Part shown: piece by piece, positions 52,355 to 63,042 of the stretch
How the letters are laid out: each line of letters starts with the position of its first letter
Position numbering within the stretch: the first letter of the stretch is position 1
Assembly (NCBI GenBank): GCA_963833985.1
Contig: CAWIAD010000001.1
Coordinates: forward strand, 3,232,001-3,296,000
Length of the DNA: 64,000 nt
From: an uncultured Planctomycetaceae bacterium
Lineage (GTDB): Bacteria; Planctomycetota; Planctomycetia; Isosphaerales; Isosphaeraceae
Reading direction: 5' to 3'
Made by a program: the position numbers and the translations under genes
The notes under the pieces: model-generated
Seen by the model: the letters and a program-made list of their open reading frames with translations, nothing else
Database searches by the model: none
What the model was told of the DNA's origin: nothing

Positions 52355-53368
52355 TTGAGCTGGGCTGGTACGCCGTATCGTGTCGCCGTTGCACAGGCCG
52401 GCTCCATTCTCTTCGACTGCGAGCGGTCCGCCGAGAAGGCTGCCAGGCTGATCCGCGAGGCCGCGGACTCCGGTGCGCGTCTGGTCCTGCTTCCGGAGGC
52501 ATTCATACCAGGCTACCCCCGCGGACTGAGCTTTGGCATGACCGTGGGCAGCCGGACCCGGGAAGGGCGCGAGCTCTGGCAAATCTACTGGGAAAACGCG
52601 GTCGATGTGCCCGGCTCCGTGACCGAGATGCTCGGCGAGGCGGCGCGCCAGGGAAAGATCTTCGCGGCCGTCGGCGTGATCGAGCGCGATCTTGGCCGGA
52701 GCTTGGGAACACTGTATTGCACGCTGCTTTATTTCGGTGACGATGGCCGCCTGCTGGGCAAGCACCGGAAGCTCAAGCCGACCGGCTCGGAGCGTCTCAT
52801 CTGGGGCGAAGGAGACGGATCGACGCTCACAGTCCTGCCCACTGAACTCGGCCGTATCGGAGGCCTGATCTGCTGGGAAAACTACATGCCGCTAGCGCGG
52901 ATGGCCCTGTACGGCAAGGGAGTCGACATTTACCTGGCCCCGACCGCCGACGCTCGCGACACCTGGCAGGCCACGCTCCGCCACATCGCCTGCGAGGGCC
53001 GTTGCTACGTCCTGGGTGCCAACCAGTTCGTCACCCGCGACATGTACCCTGCCGACCTGCCGGGTGTCGACGAGTTGTCGGCTCAGCCGGAAGTTCTCTG
53101 CCGGGGCGGCAGCGTGATCGTCGGCCCGCTGGGCGAGGTCCTCACCGGCCCGGTGTACGACCGCGAGGATCTCCTCGTCGCCGAGATCGATCCGGCCGAG
53201 GTCACCCGCGCCCGGCTCGATTTCGACGTGGTCGGCCACTACTCCCGTCCTGATGTCTTCCGCCTCGAGGTTGACGAGACGCCGGGGATCGGCGTGAGCT
53301 TCGCCACTTCAGGACGGACTGGCCGCGACGACAAATCGAACGCGGGGACGACGGACCGGCGCGTGTGA
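52355..53368 (+). CDS. Nitrilase (carbon-nitrogen hydrolase)
   Basis: Triad LPEAFIPGYP, HRKLKPT, ICWENYMP; DVVGHYSRPD. Confidence 0.93.
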   Translation: MSWAGTPYRVAVAQAGSILFDCERSAEKAARLIREAADSGARLVLLPEAFIPGYPRGLSFGMTVGSRTREGRELWQIYWENAVDVPGSVTEMLGEAARQGKIFAAVGVIERDLGRSLGTLYCTLLYFGDDGRLLGKHRKLKPTGSERLIWGEGDGSTLTVLPTELGRIGGLICWENYMPLARMALYGKGVDIYLAPTADARDTWQATLRHIACEGRCYVLGANQFVTRDMYPADLPGVDELSAQPEVLCRGGSVIVGPLGEVLTGPVYDREDLLVAEIDPAEVTRARLDFDVVGHYSRPDVFRLEVDETPGIGVSFATSGRTGRDDKSNAGTTDRRV

Positions 53369-53380
53369 ACGGTTACTCAC

Positions 53381-54361
53381 TTATCTTCTCCGCGTTCGGG
53401 AGCCGGAGGACGAGGTGCGGCCGCCCGGGGCATCACTTCCGGCAGCCCCGGCCACGGCTTCCGCCGGGCGCGAGCCGTTGCGCCGGGCCAACCCGGGATT
53501 GACGAGGTTCCAGGTGCGGCCGTCGCTGACAAGCGTGATGGTCCCGCGCTCGTCGGTCCGCAGCAGGGGGACCTCGTTCCTGCGGAGCAACGAAAGTGTT
53601 TCCGAATGGGGGTGGCCGTAGTCGTTCCCCGCTCCCAGGCTGGCGACGGCCACTTCGGGCTGAACCAGGTCCAGCCAGTGCTGATCAGTGCCATTACGGC
53701 TGCCGTGATGCGCCAGCTTGAGGATGGTGCAATCGCGCGCCAGGCTGGCGCAGTGGACCAGCCACCAGTCGCGCTCGGCAGTCTCGCTGTCGCCAGTCAG
53801 GAGCACCGAGAAGCTTCCGTACGCCACCCGAACGCCGACCGAGTTGTTGTTCTCTTCCTGGTGGTCAACGGGCGGCTGCGGGAAGACGGTGAGGACCACC
53901 GAGCCGAGCTCGATCTTCCGCGGTTTCGCCGTGGGCGTCACTGCGGTGATCCCCTCCGCCTTCACGGTCTGGAGCAGCTTCAGATACATCTTGGTGGTGT
54001 GAGACGAGCCAGTGGCCAGGAAGTACCTGGGCTTGAACTCGCGGACCACCTGGTCCATGCCGCCGTAGTGGTCGCTATGGTGGTGCGAGACGATCACCAG
54101 ATCGATCGAGGTGATACCCTTTCGCCGTAGCAGCCTGGCCGCGCCGTCACGCGAGGGCCCTGCGTCCACCAGCGCGGTCTTACCTTCGGGAGACCGGATC
54201 AGGATCGAGTCCCCCTGGCCGATGTCCAGGAACTCGATCGACAAGGGCTTGGTCGCGCCGCCAGACCATCCTGAAAGCGGCTGCGCAGAACCGGTCGTGG
54301 CCAGGCCGCTGCCGAGCAGCCCGAGGACGAACAGGAGCCGCAGGGAACGGCAAACTCTCAC
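53381..54361 (-). CDS. Secreted ComEC/Rec2-type metallo-beta-lactamase-fold hydrolase
   Basis: Signal peptide; DIGQGDS, SHHHSDHYGG, LLTGD, KLAHHGS, YGHPH; no competence TM domain. Confidence 0.88.
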   Translation of the reverse strand: MRVCRSLRLLFVLGLLGSGLATTGSAQPLSGWSGGATKPLSIEFLDIGQGDSILIRSPEGKTALVDAGPSRDGAARLLRRKGITSIDLVIVSHHHSDHYGGMDQVVREFKPRYFLATGSSHTTKMYLKLLQTVKAEGITAVTPTAKPRKIELGSVVLTVFPQPPVDHQEENNNSVGVRVAYGSFSVLLTGDSETAERDWWLVHCASLARDCTILKLAHHGSRNGTDQHWLDLVQPEVAVASLGAGNDYGHPHSETLSLLRRNEVPLLRTDERGTITLVSDGRTWNLVNPGLARRNGSRPAEAVAGAAGSDAPGGRTSSSGSRTRRR

Positions 54362-54603
54362 AGCGTGATGTCCCCTCCGGGATCCGTCTTCCTCAGGTCT
54401 TGCTGCACGCGCCGGGTCTCCTCGGCAAGCTGGCGCGTGGCCTCTGCGTCGACCTCCAGCCTGAGGCTGAGTACGTCGCCGGCTTTCGCGCCGCGGGGCA
54501 GGAGAGCCCCTGGAAGATTGATTGGGGTGCCGTCGTCGGTGATGAGGACGGCGATGGCCTTCTGCTTGCCTTCAAAGCGATCGAGGGACACGCGCGTGGT
54601 CAC
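54358..54603 (-). CDS. DUF3006 family protein
   Basis: LDRFEG...AVL...LP..LLP.GAK.GDVL...D.EAT. Confidence 0.82.
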   Translation of the reverse strand: MTTRVSLDRFEGKQKAIAVLITDDGTPINLPGALLPRGAKAGDVLSLRLEVDAEATRQLAEETRRVQQDLRKTDPGGDITL

Positions 54604-54621
54604 GCCGTGGTCTCCTTGTGC

Positions 54622-55362
54622 TTACTTGATAACGATAGGTCGCTCTGCGAGCTGGGCCGGGCCGCTGCCCGCGGAATCGCGACGCGACGGAGCCGTGCTG
54701 CCGGCCACGCGCCGGGCCTGGAGGACAATGCGGCTGAGCTCGGAGTCGAGCTCCGAGCCGTTGCGGCCGGCAACGGCCAGTGCGTGCGTGCCGGAGGCGA
54801 GCGGAAAGAGGCCAGGCTCAGCCAGGGCCATCTTCAGCTCCCGGCGCTCGAAGAGGATTCCCTTGCGGTCCCAGACCTCGACCATGATCTTCTCGCCCGG
54901 CGACCAGTCGATCTCGAAGGGACGGTTCACGAACGCCGCCGTGAGGTCGTCCCTGCCCACGACCGCAAGGTTCTCGCCATAGTTCTTGCTTTCCCAGACG
55001 ACGGTCTGGGTGCCCTCCCCGACGATTTTCAAGACCCGCGCCTGGATATCGACCGTTCGTCCCGGCTTGAACAGCTTCGGATCAAGCTGGATCTCGCTGA
55101 TCGTGACCTTGTACGTCCCCGGCTGGCGGGGATCGTCGCCGAGCACTCCGGCGACGGCCGAGGCCAGCTTGCTCTTCAGGTCGTCTCCCCTTGGGTCGGC
55201 CACGGCATCCGGGGCCTTGCCCGAGCTCACGTTCCAGAGGGCCCGCATCAGGGGATAGTCTTTGAACACCCAGCCGCTCATGCCGGCCCCGCCGCCGGTA
55301 ATCAGCATCGCGACCAGGTAGATCAGCCGCCGGAACAGCGATTTCGGTTTGCGCGTAGACAC
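54622..55362 (-). CDS. Membrane-anchored hypothetical protein with possible C2-like domain
   Basis: GTG start with GAGGAG RBS; N-terminal TM helix; YKVTISEIQL...IMVEVWDRK. Confidence 0.7.
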   Translation of the reverse strand: MSTRKPKSLFRRLIYLVAMLITGGGAGMSGWVFKDYPLMRALWNVSSGKAPDAVADPRGDDLKSKLASAVAGVLGDDPRQPGTYKVTISEIQLDPKLFKPGRTVDIQARVLKIVGEGTQTVVWESKNYGENLAVVGRDDLTAAFVNRPFEIDWSPGEKIMVEVWDRKGILFERRELKMALAEPGLFPLASGTHALAVAGRNGSELDSELSRIVLQARRVAGSTAPSRRDSAGSGPAQLAERPIVIK

Positions 55363-55828
55363 CGCGAAACGCTCCTCATCCGTGAGACGTGGCCCGGCCG
55401 CCGGGACTCGGGGCCGCGACGCGAAGAGTTCCGATACCCCCGCCTGCAAAGAGATGGTGCGGTGAGATGAAGGGGAGTCCGCAGGGTTATAGCAGGGCAC
55501 ACGCTACGGTCAAGGCGAGTTCACAAAGGCCAGCTACTGTCCTGTCGCAGACCGTATGCGGTTCTCGCGATGGCTTGCTGCTCAAAATCTGCCCTCAGGG
55601 GAAAAGGGGTAATTATGGCGGGCTCATGGTCGTAACCAGGGACGGTCAAACGCTCGGCCCCCTTCGTGGGGCAAGATTCTGGGGCCTGTTGTGAAATTCG
55701 TCGACTCGTGCATAGTAAAGTGTTCAACTTTAGTATATATATAAATGTATGAGTAAGCTCGAAATCTTGTCCCACGACGGAAGGAATAAAGGTCCCGCCA
55801 GCAACGGCGAGTGCGGACAGATCTCAGC

Positions 55829-56566
55829 TCAATGCACGCCAGTTTCTACCTTGAGATCCTTGAACTCGGCGGACAGGGAGACGCTTGCGGTGTTGACTGC
55901 GGCCACGCCCACTTTGAGCGCGTCACCCCATCCGCGGACCGTCGCCGACCCGCGGATACTGTTCCAGTCTTCCCCATTCAGGCGGAACCACGCCCGGACG
56001 GTCGAACCTTGCCGCTCAAGGCGCAGGCGGATGGTCCCTTCATCGACCGCCGTGCCGGAGGAACCTGCCCTGGTGGCGCTCGCTCGCTGTTCAAAGTTGA
56101 CATAGTGCACAAGATCGTTGCCCCGCAGGATGGCCGCGCGCTCGAGTCGGATGAAGTTGTCTCGGTCGAGCCAGACCAGAAGGCCCGCACCGTGATAGGG
56201 CAGCGCGTAGTTCGTGGTCCGATCGCCGCCTGGCTCGAGTTTGCTGATGACCGTGACCTCGGCCGTGAAATCGCCCTCCACGGCCTGCAAGACCCGGGGC
56301 GCGCTCATCTTCCCGTACTCAACGCTCAGGTCATGAACGATCGCCGGCACCTCTATTCTCAGAGCCGCCCCGCCATTGATCACGCAATCGCCGGCCGGGT
56401 CGAACGCGTCACCCCAGCCAGCAACCGCGGCCACGGGACGCTCTTCCACCTTGGGGCCCAGGCGCCACGCCGCCACCATGGGCCCGAGCACAGCCTGGAA
56501 TAACCGAAAAGCCAGCAGGAAGACGATGCCCGCAAGTACCAGGCTGATCAGCTTGATTGGAGGCAT
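55829..56566 (-). CDS. DUF1349 / ConA-like lectin-fold protein
   Basis: APRVLQ.VEGDF.AEV, GAGLLVW.D..NFIRLE, LRLERQG, VGVAA. Confidence 0.8.
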   Translation of the reverse strand: MPPIKLISLVLAGIVFLLAFRLFQAVLGPMVAAWRLGPKVEERPVAAVAGWGDAFDPAGDCVINGGAALRIEVPAIVHDLSVEYGKMSAPRVLQAVEGDFTAEVTVISKLEPGGDRTTNYALPYHGAGLLVWLDRDNFIRLERAAILRGNDLVHYVNFEQRASATRAGSSGTAVDEGTIRLRLERQGSTVRAWFRLNGEDWNSIRGSATVRGWGDALKVGVAAVNTASVSLSAEFKDLKVETGVH

Positions 56567-56713
56567 GAAACGCTCCTTCGAAGCGAGCCCGACCGCCGAG
56601 CGCCCGCGAAGGGAAGGTCTCCAGAAGGACCGTGCGGATGGCTCGCCCCATTTTCTACACGAGCCTTCGTCATGCCGACCAGCAGATTCCCGGCAGAATT
56701 CACGAGCGGCCAC

Positions 56714-56771
56714 TTGACACCGTCCCAGCTCGAGATACTATGAGGCGGAGTACTATTGCTAGTAGTAGTAC
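56714..56771 (+). promoter_or_regulatory. Promoter with BlaI-type operators
   Basis: TTGACA-16bp-TACTAT; TACTAT-gaggc-GGAGTA (56736-52) and TACTAT-tgcta-GTAGTA (56751-67). Confidence 0.7.
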
Positions 56772-56809
56772 ACATGTCGGCTTCATGGTGTTCTTCGGAG
56801 GACTTGTTG

Positions 56810-57208
56810 ATGGCCCGCAAGTCGATCGACGCGCTGGGCGCCTTACAGAAGAGCGTGATGGACGTGGTGTGGGAGCTGGGCGAGGCGACGGTCGGCCAGG
56901 TGCGCGATCGGCTCAGTCGCGAGCCGCAGCCTGCTTACACGACCATCCTGTCGGTGCTGCAAAAGCTGGAGAAAGCCGGCTGGCTGACGCATCGTGCCGC
57001 GGGGCGAAGCTACGTCTACGTTCCCACCCGCAGCCGTGACGAGGCCGGCACCAGCACGCTCCGCACGTTCATCGACCGCGTGTTCCGCGGCGATCCGTTG
57101 CTGCTCTTCCAGCACCTGCTCGAGGACGAAGAGCTGAGCGACCAGGAGCTCCTGGCTCTCAGGGGCATGCTCGATGAAAAGCGGCGGAAGGAGAAACGCC
57201 ATGCGTGA
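56810..57208 (+). CDS. BlaI/MecI/CopY family transcriptional repressor
   Basis: LGALQ..VM.VVW...ATV..V...AYTTILSVLQKLEKAGW. Confidence 0.92.
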   Translation: MARKSIDALGALQKSVMDVVWELGEATVGQVRDRLSREPQPAYTTILSVLQKLEKAGWLTHRAAGRSYVYVPTRSRDEAGTSTLRTFIDRVFRGDPLLLFQHLLEDEELSDQELLALRGMLDEKRRKEKRHA

Positions 57209-57297
57209 GCAGACCAGAACGCCGCGTGCCCCGAAGTCTCGTCCGATCACATCGCCCATCAATTCTCGGATCATTCTTTCTCGAAAGGATGCTAGCC

Positions 57298-60200
57298 ATG
57301 AGTGAACTGCTCATCCCTGGTCGCTCGCTCCCCTGGGATCTGTCCTGGCAAGGGTCGGTTTTTCTGACTCTTGGACTGGCGGCCAGCCTGGCTCTCCGCG
57401 GACACGCGGCGCGGGCGCATCGTCTATTGATCCTGGCGATGATCGCCGCAATCGGCACGCCGCTTCTCGCCCAGGTGATCCGCCATCGCGGCTGGGGCCT
57501 GCTCGAAGCCTCTGTCGCGACAGCCGCGGACGTTCCGCAGCGGACGGCTCAGCCCAGCAACGCCGGAAGCCCTCGGGTGTTTGGCCCCGGGTCGTCCGCG
57601 CCGGCGGCAGAGGTCGCGCAGCTCGGCGGGCTGCCGGGCCATTCGCAGTCGGGGTTCCCGTCCGCGTTTGGGCAAGGTGGTCGGCCAACACAGGAGGTTC
57701 CTGCCAGCGTTCCCGCGATCCACTCCGAGCCGGGTTCGCGGGCGGTCTCGATCCACTGGAGCTCGATTGCGCTGGGCGGCTGGTTGCTCCTCGCCGTTCT
57801 CATGGCCCTGCGGTTTCTCGCCTCGCTGCTGCGGGGCATCGCCGTCGTCCGGGATTCGGCTCGGCTGGACGACGGCACGCTCACCGAGGCCAGCGGCCAG
57901 GCCGTGCGCCGGCTGGGCCTGGCGATGCGGCCCGCCTTGCGATCATCCGCATGGGTGCGCTGTCCGTCGGTCTGGTGCTGGTCGCGCAGGCCGACCTTGC
58001 TGGTGCCTCTCGGGATGAGCACGGCCGATCGCTCGATCGACTGGGTCGCGATCTTCTGTCATGAGCTGGCCCACTGGCAACGTCGCGATCATGTCTCGGC
58101 GCTCTTCGCCGAATTGCTCGTCTGCGCACTCCCCTGGAACCCGCTCGCCTGGTGGACCCGCAAGCGGCTGGGGCAGCTTGCCGAGATTGCCTGCGACGAC
58201 TGGGTGCTGGCCAGCGGCGCCGCGGGAACCGACTATGCGGCTTCGCTCCTGGAGCTCATCCCCCAGCACGGGCCGGTGCTGGCCCTTGCAGCGGTGTCGC
58301 ATCGCGGCGGACTGATCGGCCGGCTGCGGCACATCCTCGACGAGCGCCGGAGCAATCCGCGGATCGGCACCCGCTGGGCGATTCTGACAGGTGCGGGGAT
58401 GGCGCTGGCCGCCTCGGCCATTGCCCTGGCGCAGGCCCGGCCCCTGATACCGGCACCGGAGTTCAGCAATTCCCGTCCAGCCGACGATGAGACATCAAAG
58501 AAGGGTGATGTAATGGGCCATACCCTGGCCGGCCAGATCCTCGGCCCCGATGACAATCCGGTCGCGAACGCGACCGTCCTCTGGGTAGGCAATCGCAAGC
58601 CACCGGTCGCTTACGTGGCACTTCCGCGGGGAGACGAGCGGAGCAGGAATCCGGACATTGCCACGCTGGCCCGGGGCCAGACCGATGCCCAGGGGAAATT
58701 CCAGCTCTCGGCCAGGTTCGGTGAGGATGAGCTGACGCGGTACAACGGCATCCGCAGCAAGCTTGTCGTGACGGCACCCGGCGCGGGTATGTTCTCGAGG
58801 GAGCTGAGCGTCAAGGACGAGCAGTCCGAGGTGGTCGTTCGCCTTCCCGAGGAGGCCGTCGTCCACGGCCGCCTGCTCACGCCCGCCGGTCAGCCGGCGC
58901 GGGACGTTCGCGTGACGCTGGACGGTTTTCACAACGAGAAGGAGAAGACGGGGATGTACGTCGGCCTGCACGACAAGGACGACGCCTATCCTCCGTACTG
59001 GCCGCGATCGCAAAGGACCGACACCGGCGGCCGGTTCACGTTCCAGGGCATTCCTCGCGGGGCGCTGGCGACGCTCTCGTTCTGGCATCCCGATTTCGCG
59101 GTCGATGAGGTGAAGGTGGACACGGCGGAAGCCGGCGAGATCACGCCGTCGATGAAGGGCTTCGAGATCGTGCCCGTGAAGACGACCTTCACGCACTCGC
59201 TCGAGCCTCCGCGCCCGTGCAGGGCCGGGTGACCGACAAGGCGACCGGCAAGCCGCTGGCCGGCATGCTCGTGGAGATGATCCCGATGCGCCGGCACGGC
59301 GGCATGACCTTCTCGGCCCGGACCGACGCCGACGGCCGCTACCGCATCTCCGGCCACTCGACCGACGGCACGTACTTCACCACGGTCTTTCCCTCGGCCG
59401 ACTCGGGCTACCTCGACGGCAAGGACCTGCATCAGGGCTGGCCGGCCGGGGCGAAGTACCTTGAGGTCAACTTCGCACTCGAGAAGGGAAGGCTCGTGTC
59501 CGGACGCGTCATCGACCAGGGCTCGAAACAGCCGGTCTCCGGCGCGGCCGTAGTCTATCAGGCCGCTCCCAAGAATCCGAATAATACCGGCGATCACGAC
59601 CTTCGCAACACGGTGCTCACCGACCAAGCCGGCCAGTTCACGATCACCACGCTCCCCGGCCCGGGCGTCCTGGCAGTCGAGGCTCCAGACGAGAACTACA
59701 TCCGCTCGCCCCTCAAGAAGTATGCCTATCGCACCGTCTATCCTCACGGCCAGCTCGTGCTTGATGTTCCCAAGGACGGCACTCCCGCGCCAGTGGAGAT
59801 CGCCCTCCGCAAGGGTGTGACCCTGGAGGCGAAGGCGGTCGACCCGGATGGCCAGGTCGTGAAGGACGTGACGGCCATGTACCCGGGAATCGACGCGAAG
59901 CTCATCGACATCTGGAACCAGGGACAGGAGTTCACCGACGGCATGTTCCGGATTCCGGGCGCGGACCCGCAGCGAACCTACCGCGTCTTCTTTCTCAAGC
60001 CCGACCAGAAGCTGGGAGCCGTGGCCGAGCTGAAGGTTGATCCCAGGAACCCCGGCCCCATGACCGTCAAGCTCGAGCCCACGGCCACAATCAAGGGGAA
60101 GGTGGTCAACCCCGGCGGCGCTCCAGTGCAGGCCGTTCAGGTGACGCCTATGCTGGCGTACGACGCGCAACCCAGGGTGCTTTCGCGCGATGAGCGGATG

Positions 60201-60434
60201 GATCAAGAGCGGCTCCAGTTCTATAGCAACGTTCTGGGTCAGAAAAACTTTTATTTTCACGACCACGAGCTGAAGGACAGCGGGGAGTTTGCGTTCGAGG
60301 CGATGGTCCCCGGCGCCTGGTTCTCCATCAGCGCTGCATCCGGAAGCCGCGAGGGGAGTGTTTCCACCCCGGTGCTCAAACCTGGCCAGGTTTGCGACCT
60401 GGGCACGCTGACCTTGAAGGAGCGTGAGCAATGA
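57298..60434 (+). CDS. BlaR1-like M56 metallopeptidase with carboxypeptidase-regulatory-like repeats (frameshift ~59215)
   Basis: IFCHELAHWQRRD, PWNPL.W, E.ACDD, YA.SLL; GRVTD..TG.P..G repeats. Confidence 0.88.
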
Positions 60435-61821
60435 GCAAAGATGTTTCGATCCGTTGCTGGGAGCCGTATCAGCCGTCGTCCGATGCTCCCTGGAACGCGG
60501 CCCGCGCGGCGCACCTGCACCGCCGGGCCGGCCTGGGAGCGACCTGGGGCCAGATCGAGTACGACCTGGACGAAGGGTATGAGCCGTCGATCCGCCGCAT
60601 CCTCGATGGCGAGCCGACCGGACCTGGCGGTCAGCCGGCCAGCGAGTTCGCCGAGATTGTTCTGGCCATGGAGGACTCGGCGCTGCGGCGTCCGTCGATC
60701 GAGCGCGTGCAGATGCTCTGGCTCTACCGCCTCATCTTCACGCCTCACCCCCTGGCCGAGACCATGACCCTGGCCTGGCACTCGCACTACGCGACCAGCC
60801 AGGAGAAGGTCGATTCTCCCGAGCTCATGCTCGCGCAGAACCAGGCGATTCGACGGCTCTGGCGGGCGCCCATCAGCCAGCTGCACCGTATGATCCTGAG
60901 CGACGGAGCCATGCTTCGCTGGCTCGACGGCCTGAATAGCACCAAGGCCCAGCCGAACGAGAACCTGGCTCGCGAGTTCCTGGAACTCTTCGCGCTCGGC
61001 GAAGGCCACTATTCCGAGCACGACATCCGCGAGATCGCTCGGGCGCTCACGGGCTACCGCGAGATCGACTTTCAGAAGAAGCGCGACGGCTTCGATCCAG
61101 GCGATCATGACGACGGCTCCAAAACGATCTTTGGCCAGACCGGTCCGTGGGGCCGCGACGACGTGGTACGCATTGTCTCGCGCAGCCGGCTGCCGCCACA
61201 CACATCGCCCGCCGGCTCTACCGTACTTTCATTTCCGACACCGACGAGCCAGGCCCGGATCTGCTGGCTCCTCTGGCCGACGCCATGCGCACCAGGGGCG
61301 ATGTCGACGTGGCCCGGGGCATCGAGATCGTGCTGCGCTCCCGGCTCTTCCACGGTGCGGAGTGCCGGACAAAGCACGTCAAGAGCCCGGTCGCGCTGGC
61401 CCTCGGCGCCCTGCGCGCCATCGAGGCATTCGCACCGCCGCCCGACCTGGCGGATCTGGAGATCCACCTGACGCGCATGGGCCAGAGGCTCTTCTATCCG
61501 CCCAACGTCGCCGGCTGGCCGGGCGGCCTGGCCTGGCTGCGCGGCTCGACCGTGCTCGCGCGGGCCAGCTTCGCCGCCTGGCTGACGGACTCGTCGCCGG
61601 GACTCGGTACGGACCATTTCCTCAGCCTGGCGAAGCGGCGCTGCGGAGGGCGTCCGGAGGCCTGGCTCGATACGCTGGTCGTACTGCTGTGCGGAGCGGA
61701 GATCAGCCCGCAGACGAAGAAAGAAATCCTGGCTGCCGCTCAGTCCGAGGACAAGCCAGGTCGACAGTACGGGCGGATCCTGAGCCGGTTGCTGACGCTG
61801 CCGGAATTGCAGCTTGGTTGA
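60431..61821 (+). CDS. DUF1800 family protein (frameshift ~61188)
   Basis: AAHL.RRAG.G, WHSHYATS, PNENLAREFLELFALG, KSP, PPNVAGW. Confidence 0.9.
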
Positions 61822-61874
61822 CGTGTAAGACGTTGCCCGCCGAACCCTGTTCGTTCTATTCCGGAGAAACACTC

Positions 61875-63041
61875 ATGCTTTCACGTCGTGAACTCTTTCG
61901 ACATTCGGCGGGCATGCTGGCACTCGGTGCGACGGCGCCCGGAATGTGGCAGCGAGCCGCCCGTGCGGCCGAGGCGCGGGGCGATGCGCCGATACTTGTC
62001 GTGCTGGAGCTGAGCGGAGGTAACGATGGGCTGAACACGGTCATCCCCTTCACAGACGATGTGTATCACAAGAGCCGGCCAACGCTCAGGGTTGAGCCCG
62101 GCAAGGTCCTCAAGCTCGATCAGCACGTCGGACTCCATCCCGCGCTCAAGGAGTTGCATCGCCTCTACGAGGCGGGCGATCTGAGCGTCGTGCAAGGCGT
62201 AGGGTATCCGAACCCGAACCGCTCGCATTTCCGGTCGATGGAGATCTGGCAGACCGGGACGGTCGCACCCGCACCGCCTGCGGGCTGGCTGGGCCGGTTG
62301 AGCGATGCACACCCACGGCTGGAGCTGTGCCATGTCGGCCAGGGAACCGTGCCGCTGGCCGTGCAGGGGCGCAGGGTCGTGGCCCAGTCGCTGGCCAGCG
62401 CCGCAGCCTATCGGCTGCCGCCGGGGGCCGGACTGCCCTCGCGGTTCGGCGAGGCACCACGCGACAAGGTGATCGGTGCGATCCGCCAGCAGTACACGGC
62501 CTGTGCGGAGCTGGCCGGGCGGCTGGAGAGCCTGCGCGGAAGCAGCGGAGCGACGGCTGATGCCGAGACGTTGCCGGGCCGTCTGGAAACGATTCGCAAG
62601 CTGATCGAGGCCGATACGCCCTACCGCGTTTATTACACGGCCCAGCAAGGCTATGACACGCACGCCGTCCAGCGCTTTCCACACCAGCAGCTTCTCGAAA
62701 CCCTGGGCAAGGCCGTGGCCGGCTTCCTGTCCGATTTGAAGTCGAGCAAGCTCGATGAGCGTGTGGTGATCCTGATCTTCTCGGAGTTCGGCCGCCGGCT
62801 CAAGGAGAACGCCAACGGCGGCACCGATCACGGCACTGCCGCGCCGGTGCTGGTGGCGGGCCGCCCGGTGAAGGCGGGCCTCATTGGACCGTGTCCCGAT
62901 CTGACACATCTGGATGAAACGGGCGACCCACGCTACGCCGTCGATTTCCGGGACGTCTACGCCACGCTGCTGAGGCGCTGGCTGGACGTCGACCCGGCGC
63001 CCATCCTGGGAGAGCGGAATGCGGCGCTGCCCTTACTTTGA
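61875..63041 (+). CDS. DUF1501 family protein (Tat signal)
   Basis: SRRELF, LSGGNDGLNT, NRSHFRS, YDTH, SEFGRR..EN..GGTDHG. Confidence 0.92.
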   Translation: MLSRRELFRHSAGMLALGATAPGMWQRAARAAEARGDAPILVVLELSGGNDGLNTVIPFTDDVYHKSRPTLRVEPGKVLKLDQHVGLHPALKELHRLYEAGDLSVVQGVGYPNPNRSHFRSMEIWQTGTVAPAPPAGWLGRLSDAHPRLELCHVGQGTVPLAVQGRRVVAQSLASAAAYRLPPGAGLPSRFGEAPRDKVIGAIRQQYTACAELAGRLESLRGSSGATADAETLPGRLETIRKLIEADTPYRVYYTAQQGYDTHAVQRFPHQQLLETLGKAVAGFLSDLKSSKLDERVVILIFSEFGRRLKENANGGTDHGTAAPVLVAGRPVKAGLIGPCPDLTHLDETGDPRYAVDFRDVYATLLRRWLDVDPAPILGERNAALPLL

Positions 63042-63042
63042 G

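Noticed and set aside
53381..54361. Competence channel comEC
   Set aside because: Only the soluble MBL domain is present; the multi-pass Competence domain is missing.
55720..55757. dif site
   Set aside because: The best XerD-arm match by eye is 7/11 and no XerC arm is recognisable.
1100..61200. About 15 frameshifts read as programmed frameshifting or mass pseudogenisation
   Set aside because: They hit unrelated and housekeeping genes (zwf, galK, phoU) at GC-rich runs, with otherwise intact motifs and no shared slippery site. Indel errors in the assembly are the simplest explanation.
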